Assembly (NCBI GenBank): GCA_004431415.1
Contig: QPMI01000315.1
Span: forward strand, 1 to 56,486
Source of the DNA: Cyanophora paradoxa CCMP329
Lineage: Eukaryota > Plantae > Glaucophyta
Reading direction: 5' to 3'
Length of the DNA stretch: 56,486 bases
Position numbers and translations under genes: made by a program. The notes below the pieces were generated by a model, which ran no database searches, had not been told where the DNA came from, and saw nothing but the letters and a program-made list of their open reading frames with translations. Below are positions 46,400 to 56,486 of the stretch, piece after piece (positions within the stretch are counted from its first letter, which is position 1; each line of letters begins with the position of its first letter).

Positions 46400-48856
46400 G
46401 GGGAAGGGAATTTAATCATGTGAACGGGACTGTTGCACTGCAGTGGCTTGGCATTCACAGCGCGCACAAGACTCGCACAAAATGGGCGGGGGGGCTGCAG
46501 TTTGGCAGCCCCGTGCGGGACTGCACTGTCACTGCACGGCCTTGGTCTTCTTTCCGCCCTTGGTGTCCTTGGACTTGGCGGCCTTGGGGGCCGCCGTCTT
46601 CTTGGTCTTCTTGCCCTTGGAGACGCCGGCGCCCAGGAGGCGCGCGGCCTTGGTGCCGAGGAGGCGGGGCGCAGCGAGGGCCATGAGGCCCTTCATGCCG
46701 GTGGCCTTTCTGGGGCGGAGGCCGACTTCACGACCGGCGCCTCTGCGGCGTCGAGCTCGGGCGCTGCCCCCTCCTCGTCCGAGGAGACCTCGATGGGGTC
46801 GTCCCTGAGGGCAGAGCGGGTAAGGAGAGGGAGCAGGGGTGGGGGAAGGGGGGTGAGGGGGGGGGGGGGGGGGGGGGGCGGGGAAGGAGACGGAGGGGCG
46901 GCAGACCCGGTGGCGGAGGCGTTGTCGGACTCGTCCGAGGAGATCACGGTGGCCTTGCGGCCACCCGAGCGGCGCTTTGGCGTATCCCTGCGGGCTGGTA
47001 TTGAGGAGCGATGGAGCATCCGGTAGCAAGAAAGAGGGACGCACTCGTCGTCGTCCTCGGGCAGCTGTGGCGCAGGCGGGGCCGCAATCGGGGCAGGCGG
47101 GGCCGGCATCACCAGGCAGGACTTGGGGCCGGACTGCAGAGTGGCCGTGCCGTTCCTGCAGGGACGGCGGTGGGCACACGAAAGCAAACAGACGCGGGAG
47201 AGGGGTGGAAAGTGCCCACCGGAATGCGTCGTAGAGGGCGTCAAGCGCCTGGGTCTTCTCGTCCTTGGCCGTGATCACGTACTCCCGAGTGTACTGCTGG
47301 GGGATGAAGTGGACGTGGCCATCTGGGGGAGAGCTCAGCAAGGGCAGACTGAGGCAGAGCACGGAGAGACCCACGAACCCTTAAGGTCCGACTCAAAGGT
47401 AGTGTAGACGAGCTGAATCTTATCGCCGGCCTGGTAGTCGAGCTGGTAAACTTGGCTGCGGCCAGGGGACTTCTTGTAGGGATGGAAGGTTGCAGTGCAC
47501 CTGAGCAGGAGGGGTCAAAACAGCATCGGAGAGGCGGAGGGACCAGCAGAGGGACGCGCCCATCGGCGGAAGCAACCAGCACGTTGTGGAACGTGTATTG
47601 GTTCGAGTGGACGTACTCGCCCGGCAGGCACTCGAGGACGACGACCGCACCATTGATTCCAGCCCCAGACGTTCGCACCGGCCGCCGCTTGCAGCTGCTT
47701 GTCCGTGCAGCGATTGCAGCCGCGCCGCGAGGCGAGGTTGTGACTGCCAGCAGGCGGAATCGATCCCGCAGCAGCCGGCTGCCCGTGCTCTGCGATTGAG
47801 CGCTGTGAGCTCGCATCGCAAGTCGAGCACTTGGTGCGCCTCGCGGACCGACGTGTACAGGCGCTGAGGCGGCGGTCGCGGCTTCCGCGCGCGCAGCGAT
47901 GCTCTGCAGCTCCGGCTCATCTGCGACAGCGTATACACGTAGCGAAAAGGTAAGTTTCGAAGGCTTCGAAAGCATAATGACCGCGTACCACGTAAGCGGT
48001 TCTTTTCACAGGATGCAGTTGCGTGGTGTGCCACCACCTTCGCCGGGCCGAAGCGCACGAAGTGGGCAGCGCAGAGGTCACAGCCCCACACGTCTTTGCT
48101 GCCGGTGGCTTTGCTCTTCTGCTGACAGTCCCCGCACTCAGGCCGCTCGCTGAACGCGTGGGCGCCGCTGGTCGAGCTGCGGGTTCCTCCAGGGCGACCT
48201 ACGCTGGCTGCAGGCGCGGGGGCGCGACATCCTGGCACATGACTGTACAGCGCGTCCCTCGTGCAGAAGTGCTGGGCGCAGTGCAGGCACTTGCCGCCGT
48301 ACAGCTTGCGGGAGCCACCGCAGCTGGGCGAGTCGCACGGCCCGTCGCCGGCTCGATGTCCGCTCCTATGACGATGCCGACCGGTGGCTGTGCGCCACCG
48401 CTGCCGCGTGGGCGTCCTTGCGGCAGCATCAAGCATGCGGCGCTGTTCCCGCGCAAAGGCTCGGTACGCTTAAAGACTTTCCTCAGGGTAAGTTAACGCA
48501 CTCTCCAATGCGATTGGCTAGCGCGCGGGGCGTCCTCCTACACGACCGCGCTCGCGCCCGGCCTCGCTCCCGCTGTACAGAATGTCGGGCATGATGCAAG
48601 CATTGACCACGAACTGGTCTGGCCCGTATATCTGCTCCCTGTGCGTCGCTGGACCCATTTTTGTCCCGGGTGTTGGTGCCTGTTCCTGGATCACCCTTTG
48701 GTCGGACGGGACCGGGAGACACGGTTTCGGGGTCCCCTGGGGACGCGCTTTCAGGACGTACCGCGCGGCCCGGGTTTTGCGGAGGTCGGGGAAATGGGAT
48801 TTGGGGTAGGGTTGGGCCCGAGGGACAGGGACAGGGGAAGTGATTTTCCCTTCCCC
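46400..48856. mobile_element. Possible DNA transposon remnant bounded by short terminal inverted repeats
   Basis: GGGGAAGGGAA(TTT)AATCA at 46400 versus TGATT-TTCCCTTCCCC at 48841-48856. Interior has lower GC, with GGGAC subterminal repeats at the right end. No TSD or transposase seen. Confidence 0.25.
46529..48436 (-). CDS. Uncharacterised Zn-finger protein with an acidic/Pro-rich middle and Lys-rich histone-like tail; possibly TE-associated
   Basis: Cys/His clusters CDSPSC-x10-CLHC-x4-C-x7-H-x3-C (AN1-like) and CGDC-x14-CDLC...HH...C. Downstream exons include TVISSDESD and PIEVSSDEE. Tail is RKATGMK...TKAAR...KKTAAPKAAKSK. Exon structure is uncertain. Confidence 0.45.
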
Positions 48857-49109
48857 AATAGCTTAGCTGCATTTTCTGTGCAGATCGCAGTAGTCACATA
48901 AAGCGAACAGAAGCTTAAGCTTGTGGCCTACCCTAGGCCTTGGTGTGGTCCCTCAGGGGTTGTCTCCTGACATTTGAAAGAGTGCGCGCTTCTTCCCTCC
49001 TCCCCTTCTGAGCTTCCCTTCCTCCCAGTCCAGGTCCCTCCTGTTTTCGAGGAAGAGAACGATCTCTCTTCGTCCACGGACAGCGGGAGGGGAAAGCGGG
49101 GGCCGCCCC

Positions 49110-52100
49110 TCACTCGGGGGAGGCGAGGAGGGCGCTGACGGCGCGGTCGACGTCGCCGCCGGCGGCGCGGAGGGCGGCGAGGGCGCGGGGGGCGTCCCCG
49201 AAACCCATCTCCGCCATCGCCGCCAGCTGCGCGCCGTAGTCCGCTTCCTCGGGCGCCCCCGCCGCCTCGGGGGCGCTCCCCTCCGCACCCTCCCCCTCGC
49301 CCTTCCGCCGCGGGGGCGAGGCCTCCCCGTCTGGCGCCGGCTGAGCGGCGGGGCGAGCAGCGGACGAGGCGGGGCGGGGCGGGGGCACCGGAGTCGGGGC
49401 GGAAGCGGTAGGCGCGGAGCTCGGGGGTGTCGGGGCTCTCCGCCGCGTCCACCCAGGGGAGCACCAGCCCCCGCCCGCCCCCGCCTGGCCCCCAGCAGGC
49501 GGCCCCGCCGGCCCCGCCGCCGCCGCGGGGCCCGCCCTGAGCCCCGTCGGCCAGGGGCGGGGGCGGGGGTGGCGGGGCGGGGCGAGGGCGCACGGGGTCG
49601 GCCTCGCGGCGGGCAGGCCGCGCGCGTTCTCCACCGGCGGCGCGTGCGTCGGGCTGCCCGCGGTCAGAGGAGGAGAGGGGCCGGGCGGGGCGGGGCGGGC
49701 GGGCGGGCCTGCCGCCGCGGAAGAGGAAGGCGACGGCGCGCTCGACGGAGCCCCGCGCCGACTTGAGCGCCTGCACCAGCACCTCTGCGCCCGCCCGCCT
49801 CAGCGCCTCGCCGGCTCGAGAGGGCGGGGCGGGGCGGGCCCTCGGCCTCCTGGAAGCCCATCTCGCGCATGGTCGAGACGGCGGCGTTGTACTTGCCCTC
49901 CTCCCCGCGTACGTCAGCGGCCCGTCGTCCCGCTCCGAGTCCTCCCCCTCCCCGGCCCCCGCCCCCGCCCCCCGCCGCCGCCGCCGCCGCCGCCCCGGGG
50001 TCCGACCCCCGCGCCCGCGCCGCCGCCGGCCCGCCGGGCGCGTCGCCTCCCGACCAGCGGCGCGCGGCCTCCTCGATCTGGGGCGGGGCGGGGGGGGGCG
50101 GGGTGAGGAGGGGGCGGGGGCCGGGGGCGGCGGGCGGGGCGGGCCTGGACGGCGTCGAGGAAGGAGGCGGAGAGGAGCTCGACGGCCGTCTCGAGGTCGC
50201 CCCCCGCCCGGTGCACCGCCTGCGCCCCGCTCGAGCCGCCCCGCACCCCGGGGGCGGCGGCGGCGCGCACGCGGAGCGCCGCCCGCTCGTCCACGAAGCC
50301 CATCTCGCGCAGCATCGCCAGCTGCACCGCCGCCCCTCGGCCCCGGCCCCGGCGGTGGCGGGGCGGGGCGGGGGCACCTGCTCGGCGTAGGCGCCGGGGT
50401 CGACGGTGGGAGGGCGCGGTGGAGCCCGGGGCCCCGGCGGGGCGGAGCCGGGGCGCACGCCGCCCCGCCGCCCCGCCAGCGACTCGGCGGGTCGTCTGCG
50501 CGCCCGGCGGTGAGGCGCGGAGGCGGCGGGCGTGCGGGACGGGTGCGGGGCGGGGCGGGCGCGCCCTCCTCGCCGGCGAGCATGGCGGCGGGGTTGCGGA
50601 GGAACGAGGGGCGCTCCCGCGGCGCCCCCGCCGCCCCGGAGCCGCCCGCCGAGCCGCTCGCCCCCGGCGTCGCGCTCTGCGACCGCTGCGAGCGCATCTC
50701 CGGCGGGCACGCTGCGCCACCCGTCGGCCTAGGCGGCGGCGGCAGCAGCGGGACGAAAGGCGCACTGAAGCGGGCCTTCTCGATGGCGAGGTCGCGGGGC
50801 GGGCCGGCGCCGCGCTCGTCCATGGAGCAGAGGAACATCTGCACGGGCTGCACCACGTCGTCCTCCAGGTCGAAGTTGTTGTGGTCCATCGTCTCCGACA
50901 CCGCCAGCCGCTTCATGATGCTGCGCCCCGCCCCGCCCCTCAGCCCCGCCCCGCCCTGCTCCGCCCGCGCGTCGCGCCTCGGGCAGAGGTTGTAGAGCGT
51001 CTCCGCCTGCGTCCACGGGATGAGCCGGTCCTGAGCGCCCCCGCCCCGCGGTCAGTGGAGCGCGGGGACTCCGGGGGCCCCGCGCCGGCCGCACGAGACG
51101 GCCGTGGATGATAAGGACGGGGCAGTGGACCTGCGCGGGCGGGGCCGGGCGGCTCGGTCGGGCGCAGGGCCGGCGGGGGGCGCGGCGGGCCCGGGGCGCG
51201 CACGTTCTGGATCTCCTCGTCGGACTTGAAGCGGTCCGAGATGAGGTACTGGGCCGCCGCCCCCATGAGGTGCCTGCGGGCCCCCGCCTGAGGCGCCGGC
51301 CGCGGGGCGGGGAGCGGGGGGCGGCGGACTTGACGACGGCGCGGATGGAGGTGTAGGGGGAGAGGAGGATGAGGGCGCGGAAGTCGCCGTTCACCGCGAT
51401 CTTCGTGCACGGGCCCGTCCCGATCGACCGCCCGAACAGGATGCTGCCGCCCCCGGGCCCCGCCGCGCCCCTCAGCCCGGCGGCGCGGCGCCGGCGGGCG
51501 AGCCGGCCGCACATGTTCTTCTGGTCGAACTTGAGAACGTTGACCTGCGCGCCGGCGCCGTGAGGCCGCGGCGCGGCGCGGCGCTCTGCCGGCGTCCGGC
51601 GGCAGCGGGGCGCACGCAGTACGTCACGACGCGGTTCAGCGCGTCGTTCACGTTCGCCTCGTTCGGGCGGCCCGGGAAGCAGCCGTACCTGCGGCCGGCG
51701 CTCGCCGCGTGCGGCGCCGCGACTCGGCAGCGAAGCGCGTCGCACCCCGGATACTCGACCGCGATGATGTGGCACTGCAGGCGGCGGGCGTGCGTCAGCG
51801 CGCTGCGAGCGGCGCGCGAGCTGCACCCCGGAGCCGACCTGGAGCGAGAAGCGCAGGGCCATCATAAGCGGCCGCGAGCACCCAATGTCCTCCGCATTGC
51901 CGTGCATGTAAATCTGGCGGGGCGTCAACCGCGCTCGCCGGCCTGGCGGGGGACGCGGGCGGTGGAGGCGTACGAGGAGGTACCGCGCGCCGCCGGGGAC
52001 AGGCAAGACCAAGCAAGGCGAAGGCGGGTCTCCAATCCAGCACAACTCGCCGGGGAAGCTGTTCTCTTCATAGAACGGCGATGGAGCCGGGAAGAGGACC

Positions 52101-52420
52101 TGCGGCGCTCTGGCGTTTCAGCGGACGCGCTGTCGCCGAGCTTCGAGGATGCCTGGCACGACTCGGCAGGAGCGTGGGACCCTAGCGATCCCCGGGGACC
52201 GCAGCCGACCGCGGTCTAGGAGGTCGTGCTCCGAATGGCCGGGGTGCGAAGGATGCGGGGGCACTGTCGGGCCACGGAGCGCGTGCAGACCTTGTTAATC
52301 GGCGAGACCTCATCGAAGTCGAAGAGCGGTCTTGCGGGTCGTACGTGAGAAAGCGCGGGAGCAGGACGCGCAGGAAGGAGACGCACTTCTTTTTCTTCGG
52401 CAAGAACATCTTCGCTCTGC
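49110..52420 (-). CDS. ABHD17-like alpha/beta hydrolase fused to three UBA domains, multi-exon
   Basis: INK|VLFPAP, IYMHGNAEDIG, AVEYPG|YG, ILFGRSIGTGP (Ser), LILLSPYTSI, CPVLIIHG..DRLIP (Asp), MDHNN (His). UBAs: LAMLREMGF..GGDLETAVELL; VSTMREMGF..RGSVERAVAFL; LAAMAEMGF..GGDVDRAVSAL. 5' end uncertain (possible ATG at 52609). Confidence 0.85.
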
Positions 52421-52867
52421 ACGAAGTTCGGCGGAAGGTACCCTAACGCGCGTTGACCTGCCGCGACCCCGATCTCCGGCTACGTTGCGCTGACGGCCTA
52501 CAAGCTGTGCTGAAAGCCCGCGGCTCGACTCTGGAGCGGCTCGCTGCGCAGAACTGTACCCAGCTGCGCCAATTGGGGTACAAAACAAAAGTGGACTTCG
52601 TGCGCTCATGCAGCGTAGCTGCGCAAATGCATTGCATTTGCGGAATGCGAGCGCTAGCTGTTGCGCATGCGCGTGCACGTGCGCGTGTTCGCGCACGTCA
52701 ACGTTCACTGCAGGTGCAGCGCTCCCGGACCGCAAAAGGTTCACGAAATCGCCACTAGCCGCATGCGCAAGTGCAACTGTCGGCAAGGGAGGGGTGGGCC
52801 GATGCGGATTCAGAAAGCGGGCAATGTACAGGGGGTGGCTCGGGCGGGGCCGGCGCCGGCTGGCGCT

Positions 52868-55800
52868 CTACCGGTACTGGCCCTCGAGGTCCTGGAGGGT
52901 GCGGAGCTTGGTGCCCGGGAGGGGCATCGGGGGGAGGGGGTAGGCCCCCGCGTCGGCCCCGCCCGCCATACCGAAGAGCTTGTCGACGCTGAAGCCGGCG
53001 CCGCCGAAGCCCGGGTGCATCGGGGCCCCCGGCGGCGGTCCGCCTGGCATGCCGAACGGCGGGAGTGCCCCGTGCGGGAAGCCGCCCGGCATGCCGAAGT
53101 TGGGGGGCAGGCCGAAGTTGGGAGGCAGGCCCGCCCCGGGCGGGAAGCCCGCGGCGGCCGAGACGGCGGCCGCTGCTGCTGCAGCGGCGGCGGCGGCGGC
53201 GGCGCGGGACTGGGGAGCGCCGGGGAAGGGGGCGGAGCCGGGAGCGCCGCCGGGGAGGGCGCTAAGGACGGACGGGGGCGGGTTGAAGAAGGCGGGCGCC
53301 TGGCCGGGGGGGAGCTTGAGGGCGGCGGCGGCAGCGGCGGCGGCAGCGGCGGCGGCGGCGGCGGCGGCGTCGGGGCCGCCGGGAGGGGCGCCGAGGGCCA
53401 CTGGGGCTGGCGGGGCGGGGCGTGGCCCGGGGGCGGGGCGCCGGGCTTGCCCCCCGAGGCGGCCAGGATGGCCATGAGGTCAGGGACCCCGTAGGGGGCG
53501 CCGGGGGGAGGCCAGGCGGCGGCGGGCCCCCGGGGGCGGGCCCTGGGCGCCCCCGCCGGTGGCGCGGAGGAGGGCGGCGTGGCGGCCTGCTGGGCGGCGG
53601 TGGGGTTGGCGCCGTCCTTAGGGGCCCCGTCGAACTGGAACGCGGCGCCCTCGTTGGGCCCGGGGAGGATGCCGGGGTAGGGGGGTGGCGCGGCCCCGCC
53701 GCCCTCGCGGGGCGCGGGGCGCCGCCCGGGCCTCCCCCCGGGTGAGCTTCTGCAGGAGCCCGTCGATGGCGGCCGACGAGGGGCCGGCAGGGCGGTGCTG
53801 CCCCGCCTTCGCTCCCGCCGCCTGCGCCGCCTGCGCCGCGCCGCCCCCCGCTGCATCGCCTGCGCCCCAGCGTGAGCGACGCGAGGGCGGGGCGGGGCGG
53901 GGCGGGCGGGGCGGGGCGGGGCGGGGCGGGGCGGGCCTGCATCATGGCCTGGCGCTCGATGTCCTCGAGGGTGAGGGCGCGGGAGGGCATCGGGGGCGCC
54001 GCGGGGGCGGGGCCGCCGGGGCGCGGCATCGGCGGGACCTCGCCGGCCGAGGCGAACATGAGGGAGAGGAGGGAGGCCGCCGACTCGGCCCCCTGCGGCG
54101 CAGCGCGGCCGCCGGGCTGCGGGAAGCCCTCGGGGGGCGCGGCGGCGCGGCCCCGGGGGCGGGGGCGGGGCGTAGGGGCCCTGCCCGGGGAGCCTGGGCA
54201 TGGGGGGCACCGGGCCCTGCCCGAAGTCGGCCTTGAAGAGGGCCTCCAGCATGCTGGGCCCCGACGGCTGCCCCGGCCCCGCCTGCTGCGGCTGCCCCTG
54301 CGGCTGCCCCTGGGGCCCCTGCGGGTGTCCCTGTGGCGCCTGCGCGTGCTGCGGCGGCTGCATCCCCGGCGGGGCCGCGAACGCGTCGCCCCCGAAGATG
54401 CCTGGCGGCGGGCGGTGAGGGGCGCCGAGGGCGCGATCCGAGGCGGGCGGCGGGCACCGTGCTCGTCGGCGGCGAAGAAGCGCGAGAAGCGGGAGGCCGC
54501 GGACGGCGCGTTCGTCGGCGAAGCCCGCTTCGGGCCCCTGCGAGGCGCCGTCGGCGGCCCGGCCTCAGGCGGCGGGGAGGGGGGGGGGGCGCACGGTCCG
54601 ATGGCCCCGGGCCGGCGGCCTTGCGCTCGCCCGGGCGAGCCAGCGGGGCATCGCCTCGGCGACCTCCTGCGGGCGGGTCGGGGCGGCGCGGGGCGGGCGG
54701 GGGGTGCACGTCGTCCTCGGCGTCGAAGAGCCCGAGCGCCGCGCTCGACGAGAAGAGGCTGTTGATGAAGTCCGGGCCCTCCTCCCCCTCCCCATCCTCC
54801 CCGCCCTTCCGCTCCCCCGGCGCCTTCAGCCCCGGCGGCGGCGCCGGCTTGGCCGCCCCCGCCGCAGACTTCTCCTTGTCCGCGGCCGCCGCCGGCCGCT
54901 CCCCGAGGCCGGGCGGCGGGCCCAGGGGCTTGTCGGCGCCCGTGGGGGAGGCGGCGGGGGCCGGCCTCCCCTCGCGGGGCTGGGGCGAGGTGAGCGCCGG
55001 GGCGGGGGCGGGGCCGGCGGGGCGGGGCGGACCGGCTCGTCGCGCTTCTCCTTGGCGGGGGAGGGCGGCGCCTGCTCCTTCGGCAGCCGGCTGTTCGGGA
55101 ACGAGGTCCGCTCCCGCTCCTGGCCCCCGCGTCAGGCGGGAGCGAGGGGCGGCCGCGCGGCAGGGGCGGGCGGGAGGGCGCACGGGAGCGGCCTGGCGCT
55201 CGCGGCCCCGCTGCTCGCGCTCGAGCTCCGCCCGCTCCCGTTCCCGGAAGTTCTGGAACTTGAAGCGGTCCTGAGGGGCGGGGCGAGCTCGGCGGGCGGC
55301 GGGCGAGGCGCGGGGCGGCGGGCGGGGGGGACCTTCTCCTCGGCAGTACGCTGCTCGAGCTTCTGGATCAGCTCGAGCTCGTCCCGGTCGCCCAGCCGCG
55401 CCAGCGCGAAGTCCGGCGAGTCCTCGAACAGAGCCCCCCGCGGTCCGAACGACTGCCCGCCCGTCGGCGCCCGCCCGGCGCGCAGGGCGGGGCGGCGGGG
55501 CGGGGGCGGCGGGGCGGGCGCACCCGCTGCATGCTGCGGCCGGTGGGGGAGCCATCGGGGCGCGCGGAGCGGTGGGCGACATGGCCCCGTGCCACGCGGC
55601 GAGCTCTCCGGGCCCGCCGCTCGCGGTCGCGCCCGAAGGACTCCGAGGGCGGCACGGCGGGGCCGCCGGGGCGCCGCGCGTCGAAGGAGGTCGTGCGCTC
55701 CGGCGGCCGCTCCTCCCGCCGCTCGGCGAAACTCCGCGGCTTCTGCAGCTGCGCGAGGCGGTCGGAGGGGCTGCCGCGGGCCAGGGGAGCCTCGGGAGCC

Positions 55801-56486
55801 TCCGCACCTCTGACTTGAGCTGGGAGGACGGGAAGGCGCGCGTCTGCGGGCTCAGGAGGATGTCGCCTGCGGGCCGCCGGCGTGAGCGGGGCGGGGGACG
55901 GAGCGAAGGGCGGCGGACCCTTCTCGTCGAACTCGGCCTCGATGGAGAGGTCCTTCGAGCGCGCGCGCGGCAGCGCCGCCCGCTCCGACTCGCCGCCGAG
56001 CCGCAGGCTCAGCGACCCGGAGCTCGCCACCGCCGGCTCCGGGAGGCCCGGCCCGGGGCGCCCGAATCGCCGCGGCCGGCCTGGCGGCGCATCTCCTCGA
56101 GGTGCTTTGCGCGCTCCGCCTCGAAGTTCTCGCGCATCCGCTCGAAGCGCTCGTCGCTCCGCTTGTCCCGCGCCTTGTCCGATCGCTCGCTCGCCCATTC
56201 CGCGCGTGCCTCCCGGTGCCCTCAAACGCGCGCTCGTCCCTTCGCGGCGCATGAGGCGCGCGTGAGGGCCGAAAGAGAAGCGTGATACATACCGGTCGCG
56301 GCCCCCAAGAGGGCCGGAGGAGGGCATCCCGCGGCCGAAGCCGGGGCGCGCGTCGGGGCCTTGCGGGCCGGTGCGGTGCCGCGGCCGAAGCCACGGCCGC
56401 GCCGGCTGCCCGGACGTTGTCGAAACGACCTCCAGGCCCCATGGGCGCAAGCGGACGATCGTCGCTTCCCGCAGAGTCCTCGCTAA
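52868..56486 (-). CDS. Long low-complexity Pro/Ala/Gln/Gly-rich protein with short helical motifs (4E-T/P-body scaffold-like); probably 5'-truncated
   Basis: Spliced segments ERFERMRENFEAERAKHLEEMRRQ, PDFINSLF, SAASRFSRFF, PSMLEALFK, RALTLEDIERQ and C-terminal KLRTLQDLEGQYR*. The family call rests on motif resemblance only. Confidence 0.5.

Overview
Very GC-rich, intron-dense nuclear DNA from a microbial eukaryote. Introns are short and C-rich, with CTGAC/CTCAC branch points, YAG acceptors and many GC donors. The gene content is compatible with an alga such as the glaucophyte Cyanophora, but this is an unverified inference. Most supplied ORFs are GC artefacts, so genes were rebuilt by manual splicing and exon boundaries are approximate unless stated. 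Gene order: M13 peptidase (partial, -); TIR-TIR-beta-helix protein (+); ASPM with a ~47x69-bp IQ array (-); a spliced Hcp/TssD (T6SS tube) homologue with a mitochondrial-type presequence (+); organellar CysRS (-); ~1.28-kb repeat copy A; stand-alone CER3/WAX2-C (AAR-like) acyl reductase (-) head-to-head with a single-chain fungal-type fatty acid synthase (+); repeat copy B (inverted); membrane adenylate cyclase with swapped C1/C2 order (+); Zn-finger gene with an H3-tail-like end (-); ABHD17-like hydrolase with 3 UBA domains (-); low-complexity 4E-T-like protein (partial, -). The top candidates for new biology are the domesticated, apparently mitochondrion-targeted Hcp and the inverted-repeat-bounded FAS + acyl reductase cassette. 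Scattered 1-nt frameshifts in homopolymers look like long-read consensus errors.
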